A stretch of 64,000 nucleotides of DNA. Source: Lama glama (Eukaryota). Each line of letters opens with the position of its first letter. Positions within the stretch are counted from its first letter, which is position 1. Location: NCBI GenBank assembly GCA_028534125.1, contig CM052816.1:54996001-55060000 (forward strand), given 5' to 3'. Positions 40,312-54,105 of the stretch are shown here, one piece after another. Made by a program: the position numbers and the translations under genes. The notes under the pieces were generated by a model that saw only the letters and a list, made by a program, of their open reading frames with translations, did no database searches and was not told where the DNA came from.

Positions 40312-40625
40312 CCAAATGAACTTACTTACAAAACAGAAAGAGACTCACAGACATAGAAAACAAACTTATGTTTACAAGGGGAGGGGAGCAGGGGAAGCGG
40401 GGAGGGAGGTACACTGGGAGTTTGGGATTAGCAGATACAAACTACTATATATAAAATAAACATCAAAGTACTATTGTATAGCACAGGGAATTGTACTCAA
40501 TAGCTTGTAATAGCCTATAATGAGAAAGAATACAAAAAATATATATATAACTGAATCACTATGCTGTACACCAGAAACTAACACAACATTGTAAATCAAC
40601 CATACTTAAATAGAAAATAAATAAA
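40312..40625 (+). mobile_element. Artiodactyl-type L1 3' end
   Basis: caaatgaacttacttacaaaacagaa...ctgaatcactatgctgtacaccagaaactaacacaacattgtaaatcaac. Paralogous to 24855-25265. Confidence 0.9.
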
Positions 40626-40899
40626 TTTTATCCACTAAGACCTTGAAAAAAATAAAAATACTAGCATTCCAAATATGACTTCCAAGCATGACTGGGATTA
40701 TCTAAATAACACCATTGAAATTGGTGGGAAATATTACATTAATAGCTTGCACTGAACATGTGTCTTCTTGGTACCAGACACCAAGCATTTTCACATAGAT
40801 TAATTCATTCAATTCTGACTACTATTATTATCTCCATTTTACAGCTGAACAGCATCAATCAGGGAAGTGAAGACTTTGCCCCAGGTCACAGAGCTAACA

Positions 40900-41099
40900 C
40901 AATTGACCCTTGAACAACACAGGGGTCAGAGGCATCGACCTTCTGCACCGTGGAAAATCCACATATAATTTACAGTCAGTCCCTCCATATCCATGGATTC
41001 AACCAACCACGGACAGTGTAGGATTGTAATACTATCAAAAAACATCCACGTGTAAGTGGATCTGACCAGTTCAAACCCGTGTTGTTCAAGGGTTAACTG
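40900..41099. mobile_element. Tigger2-derived MITE (TcMar), inserted in a MIR (~40740-40899)
   Basis: TIRs caattgacccttgaacaacac and gtgttgttcaagggttaactg, followed by TA. Confidence 0.88.
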
Positions 41100-41534
41100 T
41101 ATTTGGAGGAGCCAGGTGAACAAACTAAAACAATATTCTATTTTTAAAACTCTATACACCCCAGAGAGGCAACCAGTTACCTCCCTCTGCACTACTCATA
41201 GAGCCCCAGGGCAACTTTTTGTGGATGGACTCATACTATTTAAATTACCAACCACAAATTAAACTCTCTTAAAAGTGACGCATAACGTAAACGAAGTACC
41301 ACATGCTGGCCCTCTCCTGCACACCACCTGAGGTTGCAAAGAAGTAAATCTGGCTGCAATTAGACATTGGTCTTTATCCTCTACGCAGAAGAGGAGGGTC
41401 TGCACATGCCCTTGCAGTGGTCATCTGGAAGCCTAGCAGCCTGCATTCTGAGTTCTCCCTTGCACTCAAAGGTATTTTACCCTTCCAAGGCTCCTTCAAT
41501 TCACTTAATTGAAAAGTGAGAGGTGTGTGGTAGA

Positions 41535-42120
41535 TCCCCAAAAATTAAACACAGAATTATCACACGATCCAGCAACCCCATTTCTGGGTATATACACCAA
41601 AAAGGTGAAAGCAGGGACTCAGACAGATACGTGTACACCTATGTTCATAGCAGCATTACTCCTAACAACCAAACGGTGGAAACAACCCAAGTATCTATCC
41701 ATCAGTAGATGAACAGATAAACAAAATATGGTATATACATACAATAGTATGTTATTCAGCCTGAAAAAGGAAGAAAATTCTAATATATGATACAATTTGG
41801 ATGAATCTTGAGGACATTCAGCTAAGTGAAACAAGCCAGTCACTAAGGGACAGATACTGTGTGATTCTACTTACATGAGGTACCTAGGATAGTCAAAATC
41901 AAAGACAGACAAAGAAGGGTGTGTTCCAGGCAATGTGGGGAGGGGAGAATGGGGAGTTATTGTTTAATAGGAACAGAGCATCAGTTTGAGAAGATGAAAA
42001 AGTTCTGGATGTGGATGGTGGTGATGGTTGCACAGAAATGTGATTGTACTTAATGTCACTGAGCTTACACTTAAAAATGGTTAAAATAGGTAATTTTATG
42101 CTGTGTATTTTATGACAAAC
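41535..42120 (+). mobile_element. L1MB-like ORF2 end plus 3' UTR
   Basis: ORF 41509-41712 (KLNTELSHDPATPFLGIY...CTPMFIAAL...WKQPK), followed by a typical 3' UTR. Confidence 0.88.
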
Positions 42121-42159
42121 ACATACACACAGAATAAGGGGTTTTAATTACTTCCATGA

Positions 42160-42880
42160 ATTTCAAAATTTGGCTGCACACTGGAAACTCCTATGGAGAT
42201 TTTTTTTAATGCCTTTAATATTTTTTAAATTTTAATATTTTTAAAAATATTCATCACCAGTAGTAAGAGGTTGGACACAGAAAACCCCCAATGGGATGCA
42301 CTGGGACCATCACTCACGAGGCAATCACACCAGGAAATGCACCTGGTCTTCTTGGGGAATTCAATGTCATTGAACTGATAGGGAGGTGGCAGCCCTGTTC
42401 CAGCCTGAGCAAGACAATATGAGAAACCTGACCAGACCCTGGATCCAAAAAATGGCTAGAAATACAGTTGAGAATCTTACTGTAGAATTTAAAAGTGGAT
42501 GGTGGACTTGAACACAGGGTACCGGTGGCACTGACGATGTGGTCATGGAGGACAAGGTCCTTGTCGTTGGTACGTAAGATGGATGCAGTATTTAGGGATA
42601 AGCTGTCACAGTGTCTGCAGGTGGAACAGTATGGCAAGATATTAACACAGTGAAGCTGAGTGAAAGGGATGGATGTGCAAAATACGGTTCTTTGTGGTTT
42701 TGAGGGTTCAAAAACTTTTTAAATAAAAAATATCAAAACCAAACAAAATAAAAATATCTATGCCAGCGCTTTACCCCAAAACAAGTGAACAGAACACCTG
42801 AGTGATGAGATGCAAGGAACCAGTGTTTTCCTTGTGAAGCTCCTCTGGAGATTTTAATGAGCAGCCAGGTTGACAGCTAT
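42160..42880. mobile_element. MER5-like element split by an L1MC/ME-like 3' fragment (~42250-42755)
   Basis: tttggctgcacactggaaactcc on the left and ggagattttaatgagcagccaggttga on the right. The internal part ends in an A-rich tail. Confidence 0.55.
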
Positions 42881-44497
42881 GAATTAGAAGAGCTCCTAAC
42901 AGAGATGTGATATTATGGCAAGTGTAACAGTCAAAGATGTGCAGTTACCCAAAGAGGGTGGCCTGCCACTGATACCCAGCAGCCCCGAGAAGTCCCAAAT
43001 GATCCGATGCCCTGCCTTCCACCCTTCCTTTTCTTGAAAATAAGCCACAACATCTCAACTCTATAAAACCATGAGCTCTATCAACAGACTAGAAACAGCT
43101 GCCTTCCCAAGCCTCATCTCCCTCCGCCCCATCGTTAAAAACAGATTTACCCTGTTTCATAATACAGTTTCCCTTTATGAAACATTCTCCTACAGCTGGG
43201 GCCTCAAAGACACTACTCTTGAAGTCTTTTCAATTTTGAGGCACCTACTATCCACTTGTGTTTTCATGACTTACACTTCCTAGTAAGACAAATGCTCAGA
43301 TAGACCAGGAAGAATCTGGCCAAGGATTATATACTAGGATTCAGAAAATCGACATCTTGAAGATGTTGCAACCGAGAGCCAGAATTTTGCCTTCCAAGCT
43401 GGAGGAAGGGAAAAAAGAAAAAGGAAAAAAAAAGAAAGAAAGAAGAAGAAAAAAAAAAGGCTCACTTCAAACATGAGTCCCAAAACAGCCTGTGTCACAA
43501 AACTGAATCTGCACTGCCTTTGAGGTAGATGATTAAGTGATAAGCCCTTTTCAACACTAATAAGACTACACCAAAGAGCTATTCAAATAAGTGACTAAAT
43601 TACCTCGCCCCACACATATATACATACATTTGAACAGTTTTCAGCACAATCTCCTGTACCTCACACCCTTTTTGAGGGCAACACAAACCCATTTTTCAGA
43701 TATAGGCGGAAGCTCAGAGAAGTCACCTACCATGTCACACAGTAAGTGGCACTTCCTTCTAGGCCCTCAGATGCTAGATGCTGCCCTGGCCATTACTGCA
43801 CTCCAGTCTCTCATCTTTCCAGGGTGACAATACTTCCATCACACCACCTCAGTTTTACCACATAACACAGCGGCCAGTAAGCCCACAGACTAATCTTGCT
43901 TTGTCTGTGCACTGGTCACAAATGTTTTCTTCCCAGTTTGAGTGGCTAAGGGAGCAAATGCCATCTCCAGTTGAAGGACACTCCAAAGCTTCTTGATTTT
44001 ATATAAGGCTCTGGTCACACTTGACCCTGAAGGCATCTGGTCTGCAAATCCTGGGTAACTTCCATCACATACACAGGACCAAGGACTCAGCACTTCTTGT
44101 TGAATTAAAAATAATAATAATAATGAGTGGTCTACCTCCATAAGGCTCTTGAGAGTTCTCCTCAGTCAACAGAATAATCCCCTACTTTTAAGTCAACTAC
44201 TTTTACTTCACTGTGGACACTACTTCTTGATTCATCGCCTCTTACAAGTCAGTTTCCCACACACTTCCCCTTCACCAATTGTAAAAATCTGGACCAGCTA
44301 CCGCCAACCAGGGGTTTTTTTTCTGTCACCACCCCCTACTTCACCTTGTGTATTCTTAGGGTTTTTATCCCGTCTCTCCCCATCTTTATCTCAACTACAA
44401 CAGCTAAACAATTATGTAGTCCTGGACCTCTCAACACTGTCTTTCAATCTCTGTCTCTTAATCTGTCTCTCACACAAGCATGTGTGTGTGTACTCAC

Positions 44498-44499
<2 letters not shown>

Positions 44500-44535
<36 letters not shown>
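44500..44535. repeat. (AC)18 microsatellite
   Basis: Direct reading. Confidence 0.97.
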
Positions 44536-44537
<2 letters not shown>

Positions 44538-46719
44538 GGAAAGTCAGATCTCCACTGAATTCTTCCAACAATAACATTTGTTTTTCAAACTCTAATTGTC
44601 TCACATCAAAGCTTACAACTAGTGATAACATTGGATCTTGGACAACAAAGGGTAATTATTAGAGCTTTTCTCAATACAAAAACATTTTTAGAGTAGAAAA
44701 TTCATAGGAAAAAAACTTTTTTGGGGGGGTTTACCCATTATCTCATTACCTAGAAAGAACTACTGTTGACATGTTGAATGATTTATATACCAGACACTGG
44801 GGATACAGCAGTGACCAAAAGACAGCTGCAACACAGAAGAATCTTAATGTTATTCTAATGTTATCCATATTATTCTCAGAGTAATCAATGTAGTGTACTA
44901 TTTTTCAAAACACATTTGCTGTAGTTTATCTGAAAGATAACACAAGGTAAAAACAGTTCCAAGAATATTCCCACCTTTGCCCTCGGTCTCTCTCCCCAAA
45001 AGCAACCTCTAAAAAGATGTTGGCATAACCTTCTAGAGATATTCATGAGGACACAGGTTAAGTCCACTGTCCCCGTTGGGCTGCTGGATCTTGTTTATCC
45101 TACTCAACAGATCAAAGGTACGCATTTTCAGAGATTTCAAAACTACTACAAAGAAGCCCATTGTTAAGTCCCAGTTCTTTCTCAGAGTTCACTTAATCAA
45201 ATGTGAAAAGTTACAACCAGGGCCTACTTTGAAAAGTAAGAGGTAAGCACAATCCCCTAACGTGCTGGTCAAGTCCAACTGACAACAGCAAATATCACAC
45301 TGGAGAACTGACGAAGCAAGCTCTGGCACTGTCGCCAGAGTCAGTGCCAAGGCAACGAAAGGACTCACGTGCCCCTGGTTCTCATGGACGGGTAACTGTA
45401 TCTTTATATATTCTTTTTAAACTTTTTTCCTTTGGAAAATAAATTAGTAGATACAGAACAAAAGTGAGAGCCTATTTGTATTAGCTTGGAATGACCATTT
45501 CTTAGAAAAACTTGCTGAGAGTTCCGTAAGAGCACGTCTCTGGGAAGCCGCCTTCCTGGATTTGAGAGGGGAGGAGCAGAGCTCAGGGGGTGGGTGAGTG
45601 GAGAACTCGGATCCCACGAGGCTGGATGACGAGGTACTGACATCTCGGCAGGCCCCTCCCGCCAACGCTGTGAGGCCTGCCTGGGCAGCCCAGGGCAGAG
45701 GCGGAGGACGTGAACGTGACAGACATAGCCCGGACCAAGGCAGGAACCAGCCAAGCGTGACTGATCCCCACGCTCCTTTTGGGGGGAGTGAGGCGAAGAG
45801 GGGTCGGTAAGAACTATTTGCAAGAAATTTGCCCAAATTAAAAAAAAAATCTGGTAGAAAGAAGGGGAGACAGAATGAATGAGTAATTTGAACATGGGGA
45901 CAAGGGAAGCAGCCTAGACTCATTTCCAATGGCTCCAGCCTTCCAGTTATTCCTATAAATTGAGTTCACTGGCCCATGAACCTGAAGTTTCACAATCTTT
46001 CTAGTGGCAATTAGGACTGAGGGCTGTCAAATGAACCCAGCATGTTTCCTCCTCTTCCTCAACCTCCTTCTAAATCATCACAGCACTAGGTTGACCAGAT
46101 GTTTGGAGGACCCAAGCACCCAAGCCAAATGCCTCAGTCTGAACCAGGCATAAAGATAAACACTTATTTCAAGTAGCTCCTTCCCTTATGGATAGTATCA
46201 TGAACCCCTGGGCTTTCAAATGCACAGCAGTGACCAACTTAACACTGAATGAGACAACACGACGCTTAGTGACTGCAGAGTGACAATTCCTCACCCAGGT
46301 ATACTCACGACAACTCCACAACCACTCCTAAGATGACAAAAAATGCAGCACAGAAATCCAACCCCCATCCAGCTTTATCTGTTAACAATGAGCAACAGAA
46401 TATGTTAGGCTTCTCTTTTTAAGTATGTATGAACAAGGATTAAGTTTATCTCCACCCAAATTGATTGATGGTCTCCACCTCCATATAGGTAACTGTGTTC
46501 CCTGAACATAGTTGAGTACATGCGCTCAAGACAGCCTGGGATGTTTATGTCAACTGTATCTCGATTTTTTAAAAAATGTATATGGGGCCAGGATTTTGAA
46601 TTCACTTTCTATTAAACATGAGAAAAGGGTAAAGAGGTGGGGAGACAGGCAAGGGGCAGGAGTGATGAGGGTGATACCACTGTCGCCACCCCCCTCCCCC
46701 ATTCAAGGGCTGACTCTGT

Positions 46720-46900
46720 GGGGACACATTCTGAACATGCATTGAAACATTTAACCCTCTGAGCATGTGCCTTGCCATCCACATTTTACAGGTGAGGAAA
46801 CTGAGGCAGAGAGAAATTAAAATAGCTTGCCGAGGTTCCACAGACAGTGAAAGCAAATCTAAGCTCAACGTGAAATATTTGCCTGGCAGTCAGACTCTGG
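46720..46900 (-). mobile_element. MIR
   Basis: cattttacaggtgaggaaactgaggcagagagaaattaaaatagcttgccgagg. Confidence 0.8.
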
Positions 46901-47959
46901 CGATTACCTTTAACTTAACAGATAACAGAAATAAGTTCCTCATTGAGACAAACAGTACGGTGCAGGCACGTGAAGCCCTGTACTGTAACGACATCAAATA
47001 TCTACTGAGTGTCTTCTAGGTACCAGGGCTCCAGGTTACCGGCTAGGCACAGAACCTAGCATCACTTAAGTATTTCAGACATGTTGCTTCAATCATATGT
47101 ACATCAAGTCCATTGACATGGAGATGATAAGGAACTACATTAACACTACGTAAGATTGAATTCAGACTGGTAATAAAATAAGAGCACTGAGACAAAATTA
47201 TCAGGAACGAATCTGCCTTAACCTGTGAAAAATGGTGTAAAAATGTCTTCAGAGATTTAGTAGTAATGGAGAAAAGAGAACAAATAAAAGTCATCTTCTC
47301 GAGGGATCGTAAGCAAAAAAATCATGGGACTGTCCTCCTATTTTTAATTAACAGAAAAATAAACAGATCTATAGTTTCCTGTAACACGGGGATGACCTGG
47401 GTGCACTTAATCCTACAAATAATATCTCTGCTAACATATTCAACTGTTCTAAAAATCGAGACTGAACAAACTTTAAGTTGCCCTGGAGGAAAAAAATGAG
47501 GGGAGAAGACATCTTTCAACCCTTACTGTCCAGGAACCCCTTGCAAGGATCAGAGTCCAGCGTGGCCAGGACTGGGACCCTCCCTTTCACACAAACAGGT
47601 TCCCCAGCTCACTCAGCCTGAGCTGAGCACCACCTGCCCCTAGAAATCCTTCAGGAGTTGATGTCACTTAATCCCTAGTTAGTGGAGATTTGGGACTTTA
47701 TCTTGTAAGTCACAGTTGTTTCCCAGAAAGGAAAACAGCAACCTTACAGCCATACCAAAACAAATCCTATAAAATAAACACAAGCCTGTAGCAAAATCAA
47801 TGTCGGGGTTTGTACGCAGTACATGTGTGTGCCCAAGTCAAACACAGAAAGAATTCTGTAAATAAAGCCATCGGGAACGCGCCCACATGTTTTCACTTAC
47901 CGACCTACAAGCACGGTGGAGAGGGTAATCAAATACTAGGGACGTGTTTTCACCCTTGC

Positions 47960-48135
47960 ACTAGAGTGGTACATCGGAGTCGCCTGGACGGCTTATGGGA
48001 ACTTTGCTCGGCCTTGTCCCCTCCAACCCCCCACACTAGTTTCTGATTCCGAAGATCTGAGTCGGGCAGGGAATTTGCCTTTCCAGCAAGTTCTCAGGTG
48101 ATGCTCTGCTGCCACTGCAGCCCCAGGAACTGCTC
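47960..48135. mobile_element. MER5A-like element
   Basis: catcggagtcgcctgga...gtttctgattc...gaatttgcctttccagcaagttctcaggtgatgct. Confidence 0.7.
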
Positions 48136-51100
48136 CAGGAAAACCACCGCACTGGCTGGAGAAACAGCTGTCAGCGCCTCTGGGCCCCCTGGCAAGAAGG
48201 GCCCTGCCCAATCCATGACTGGAAAATGAAGGGAGAGTCCAGTTAGAGTGAAGTCAAACCTGAGAGCCTGCTAAGGAACTGGAAACATGGCATTAGCCAC
48301 TTTCAACAGAACTGGGATGTCTGTCATGTGATGGCACTAAATCTCCAGTGAAATTTGAGAGGGAAAAATTGCCATTAAGTAGAGATTATGAGGAAAAGAG
48401 GGTAGAAGAAATCCGACCTCCTGCATAACGTAGTTAATATCCTTGCCCTGCTGTAACTACACCCTTTCTGATCTGTTCTGGAAGCATTTACCTTATGAAA
48501 TGGCCTGGAGTTAGCTGTCTGTCTCCCTGGCTGGAGTCAGCTTTAGCTCCACTGAGGCTCCACTCCTGCCTCTCTTTGTATTTGCCGGTTGCCATCAGTT
48601 CCATGATCTTCACCATTGTTTAGTAACTGCCAGCCTATCCTAAGCAAAATTACCTGACAAACCTGCCCTTTCAAAATAATTCCCAAACCTACAGGCCCAG
48701 TGAAGGGGCCTCTGCACACCACACATGTCCCCAGACCTCACCCATCCTCCTACTGTCTCCAGCACCAAGCATTCCAACACACCCACCCTTCCACCAGCCC
48801 CCAATGCACTGCACCACTTGCTGATAAAATCTAATGACAAGTTAAAAAAAAGAAAAAGAAAAAGGGCCTCTCGAAGAACCAGATGCTTCAGTGAGAGACT
48901 AGATTAAACCACTCTCCTCAAGACAGCTCTAAGTGCCTTTCGTTGCCTACAAATAAAGGATTTCATGATAAATTCCTCTTTAGCGTCACTTCCCTTCCAC
49001 AGCACCGACCCATACATCAGCCCCACCAAAACACCCACACAACAAATATGCTGGAATGCCTTGCAGGTTCTCCTCTGACTTCCCTCAAGGTCATGGTCAC
49101 AACCTTCATGAAGTCTTCCCAAGTGCCCGTTCAAATGCATTGGTCTCATCTTCATTTCCGCAGAACTTGGAAGTGCCCTAATAAAAGTGTAAGCATTATT
49201 CATCATCTTCCAGATTCTCTTATAAGCTGTAATCATCTTAGTCATTTTAGTCATTTTTCCTCCATCCGTGATGTGTCTGTTGTACGCGTTAGGTGCTCAG
49301 CCCAACTGAAATAGCTACAACGTGTTTAGTGCGATGTGTTTAGTACAGGAGAAAACCCCAAAGCTACTCAGGCCGTTAATTGCCAAGTCAGGATTTAAAC
49401 CCACATCTACTCAACACCAAAGCTTTCACCACTTCACTGACACCATTCTGCCTTTCCAAGGAGAAAAATAAAATAGAACTGTCAAATGAAAAAGTTTCAG
49501 CTCACTGGTCGGTCAACCCACTGCAAACTTCTGCCTGATTTCTCATCAACCCCAGACTTGAAGGCATGGTCAGTATATGTAATAACGTGTATTTTGCAAA
49601 TTATTCTATTTGGAATCACTGGAGCATGCTGCTGTATTATGGAAAAGCCTTTCTTTCATTTCGGTGCCTCACAATGCAAGGGGATGTCTCTATACACACA
49701 CAAAATGTTTGGACGGAGCCTGGATGTACTCTATAAAAAGCTCATGTGTTCTTCAATGCTTTTCCTTGGGGGTAAAAAAACAAAATAACCTTTGGAGGAT
49801 ACCATGCATCTGCTTTTAAAATAGTACACCCTCCAATCAGCTCCCGGTTTCCAAAGTTTGATAAAAATCAAGACCAACACTTGAAACACAGAAAAGCAGG
49901 GCGAAACCCCTATGACGAGACGGGAGTCAACGGCCGGTGAGAACAGGCTTCAGGGTCTGACATCACGGGCTTCCACCTCTGTCACCAGCCAGTTGTATGG
50001 ACTTGAGATGGTATTGTGGCTTTCAGCCTCTTTGTGATAAGGGAAAACCACTGGCTCTCTTGAAGGTAGTAATGAGCAGATGGCAACATCCAGCACTTGA
50101 TAAATTCACAAACTTAAATTTCACACCCTAAGCCAAGCCCCTAACCTGCAGGACTTAGCTGACTCAGATCAGAAGTGGAGTGGCCTTTGTTTCTCTTTTA
50201 GTTACCATGAAGACTTTGTAAGCCCTCGATCTACCTTTTCAATAAAATAAGCTGTTAAAAAAGCTTATGGAATGGGGAGCTGAGGGGCAAACCAATGGTT
50301 CCCTAGAGAAAAGGCAGTTTGCTAACACCTTCAACAACACTAAGGTCTACAACAAACCCGGTATTACAAGCTTAGACTCTCCCAAACAAGTCATTTTGGC
50401 TAAAGGCATGTGTAATTACAGTAAAAGCCTACCAAAATAACACTTAAGCTGCTGACCTTAAAGATCGTTCTGAAAAGCTCCACCAAAACATTAGCACATG
50501 AAGGAGGGACTTGACTTTTTGCCTCCTGCAGACTGCATCGCAGGACAACGCTGCAGACATCCCTCTGCCTTCAAAGGAAAGCACTGATAGACTGTTAGAG
50601 CCGAGCGGTCCTCAACACAGATGGATTCAATCCTGTTTCACGCACCCAAGTTTAACTACTTAAGAACTTCGGTGTCTGGTACTGGTAAAGGGCTAAGAGG
50701 TTTAGTTGTGTTGATCCCCACCCAACACTCCAGCTACCAGGTGATTTAGAAATCTCACCATTCAGACAAGAGCATTCATCCAAAGCTCAGAGCATCGGCC
50801 AGAACCTTCCCCCCACCACCCCGCAACACACATATACACACACCCACTCTGGGCTTATGTTGCACTTTTTAAGAGAAACATTGAAACATTAATCGAAATG
50901 AGTTTTACAACGTTTCTTATGAAAGGAAAGAAGTTCTGCAGAGGGTAGAAAATCACAATTCCTGCCACAGGCACAGTGATGACTGACCCACAGGAGGCAC
51001 TTAAATGTGGATTGGACCATCAGGGATGAGTGAAGTCATCTTAGGCACAAAGCCCCTCTTTGCTGTCAGTGGTCTTTTTAACTCTCAAGTAACTGGAACA

Positions 51101-54100
51101 AAACTTATGACAGATCACGGTGGGAACGTGTTTTCAGAATTACTTTGGCAAATACATCACAGTCCATTACAACAGCACCAAAGCTATTGGCAAAACATCC
51201 CTAAGCATAAGCTTCATTTAAATTTCAATTTGATGGTAGAAAGATACTCTGGTTGTAATATAATATTCTATTTATGTCTTCACCCTTTTCCTTTTTCCAC
51301 ATCTTCCCTGAAGAACTGTGTCAGTGAGCTTTGTTCTTTAGTAACGTCTCACAAACTAACTTCACAGGTTGCCAGAGGATATGGCCAACATGGAAGGGGC
51401 AAGGATTAAATGGAAACGGTCTATTTAAATTTAATTCAGCCCTCCAGGGTGTCCATCAGGAAGACTTCAGCCACCTCTCACGTCCAAAATCTGAGAAGGG
51501 AGCCTTCATGGAGAACTCATCGAGAAATCCTTCAAGAACAACTGACTATGTAGTATTATACAGACACTTAGCCTCGTGGAGAGAACCATCACATTAGCCC
51601 CAGGCTGAGTTAATTTACTTTGTACAAAGATGTCTGACATCAATGGCAATTTGAGGAGAGGAGAGACGGCAGACTCTAAGACCAGACCAAAAATAAGCTT
51701 AAGACAAACTACAAAAAAAAAAAAAATTGGCTTTAAAGTTCAGTCTCAATACGCTTTACTCAGAATGTATGCCACTGGAACGGAAATTACCACCAAGTAT
51801 AGGGACTCCGGTTATCTTTAAATGTCGGGAATAAAGCCTGCTTGGTATAGTTCAGGGTTTTATTGAACCTGTATTTATCAAACCCACAAACAAGAAAAAG
51901 CTCAGCTCTACAGTGTAACACAGCAAGTACAATCCTGCGTCCTGCTTCCTTGGCCTTCCTATGAAGAACTCAAAGCACTATTTTCAGTCTTGTGTTGACA
52001 GAAGGCCCAGAAAACCAAACACCACCAGAAATTTTACATTCTAATATATCATACTGTCTGCTTTTGCATTTAGAATCAATGTTAGGTGGTATCTATTAAC
52101 ACAAAGGTGTATTCCACTAGATGTCATTTTAAAAATAAACTATGAACATATATCATTCGTGAATGTGGTATCAAAATCACAGACATGTTCATTTTTAAAG
52201 ACATAACAGGTTACTGTATTAAAGCCTTAATATTTCAGGGTGGCCATAAACTGCAGGAATCAACAAATGCTTTCCTTTTTTTTTTTTTTCTTTATGATAG
52301 GTGACCAAAGAATGCCAGCACTTCATGAACTGGCGGAAGGTAAATGGGAGTGATTCCAACAAGATGGAGCATCACCCATTACACCAGACTCGTGAGAAAA
52401 GCTGGACGATGATTTTCAAAGACAGTGGTCGTGAGGAGTGCTCTTCATGCTTGTGGACCTGAACTCAACTGCTGCTTCTAGCGCTCTCTAAAACCACAGA
52501 TGCATTCCATGAAAACCAAGCGCCATCACAGATGCCCAAGTGGGACCAGTGGAAATTTGGCATTAAGGCACTGCATTCACTGCAACTTTGCCCAGCACAC
52601 TGAACCAGGGAAGGACAACACACTTAACAGATTGTGGTTTACAACGGGATATTCAAACCCATTTTTGAAATGCATACTAAACTAGTTTCCACACTTTGTG
52701 GTCATCTTATAAACTGACACAGTGAAGCTACCACATGATCTGGAAATTTGACACATAAAAGACTTTTACCAACCTGAGGATGGTTGACACCACCCTGGAT
52801 GAGCACATCCCAACCCAGGGAGCTTTGCCATCTGTGTGGTTTAGCAACGTGCAAACTAAGGCCGCAAAGGGCTGCACCGAGTTAACTGTTAAATGCATTT
52901 CCCTTGAGTGCAGAGGCTGCAGCTGACTCCTCACTGCATGACACAGAAAAGGTCATATGGGAAAAAGAACTTCCCATCTCCGATGCTCCATTCCAAGACT
53001 TGTGGGAGGAAGGGAAGGGTAACCAAGTTGACCACTCACCTTTCTTTATCAGGGAAGCCTGCGGCCCTCACAACCAGCCAGAAGTACAAAACATAACCCT
53101 GCATCAAGTTATCACCACCTTACCCTCGCCACCAAAGCCAGCCTGGACAAAAGATTAACCTATGATCCTCGACCATGGGTCCAATGGCAGCGCCAACTCT
53201 GTTGAAAGAAAGGGCGCCAAGTTTCTGTTTGTTTTAAAGGAAATACTTCCTGGCGCATGTTTGGTAAAGACTCTGAACTCTGTACACGAAGCCACGTGGT
53301 TGGTGCTAATCTGGTTCTATCCACTCAGGATCCGCCAAAGCAACCTCTTTCCGAGGGCAGTCCCCGGCTGGATAAACGACACCATCTCGTTCAAGTCACG
53401 CGGGCTCCAACCGGATCCCGGAGAGCCCAGCGCCGCGTCGCGTTCTCGTCACAATCCTCCTGCGCGCCGCACAGTCCCCGTAGGGCCAGACTGGGGCGGG
53501 GAGGGGAAGAGACTGGGGCCGGCGATGTCTCTTTCGGCTGCAAGAGGAAAGGACTCCCACCTGTGGGGCCCAAACTGGTTCTTGCGGCCCAGGTGAAGTC
53601 CGAGGGAGCGGGGTAGGAGGAGACGCCAGCCCTTCCAGGGAAGCCGACGTTGCCACTAGCAGAGTGCGCGGGCACACTACTCAAGAGCCCACCTGTAGCC
53701 ACAGCAAACAAACTTCCCTCCCCTTCTGAGTTGGAAGAGTCAGGTCCCTTACGCCACCCCCTGGCCCGAGCCAGCAACGGCCAGGAGCTCCGCGGGCTCC
53801 TCACCTGATACCCCGAAACCCCCAACTTGGTGTGTCCCCGGGCACAGACCCAGCGCTGCCTCGCGCCACGGTGGGGTGTGCGGAGTAGAAGACGGGGGTG
53901 CCAGCCAGGGATTAGGAATTCGTGGGGAGAGGCGAGGACGCCGCTCACTAGTTTTTGCAACTCCAGCTCCCAACTTTGCGAGCCACCCAGCTGCCCTCCA
54001 GTCCCCTCCGCGGCGCGCACCCAGCTCCCTCGGCTTCTCCAACGCCTGCCTTGGGGAGAAAGCTCCCCCAAAGCCGGCGGAGCCCCGCGCGCCCGCTGCA

Positions 54101-54105
54101 CTTAC

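Larger units (their letters stand above)
11140..54105 (-). other. IQGAP2: IQGAP2 intron 1 (~43 kb, GT-AG, phase 1)
   Basis: Defined by the exon 1 donor and exon 2 acceptor. Length is uncertain because of the N gap. Confidence 0.92.
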
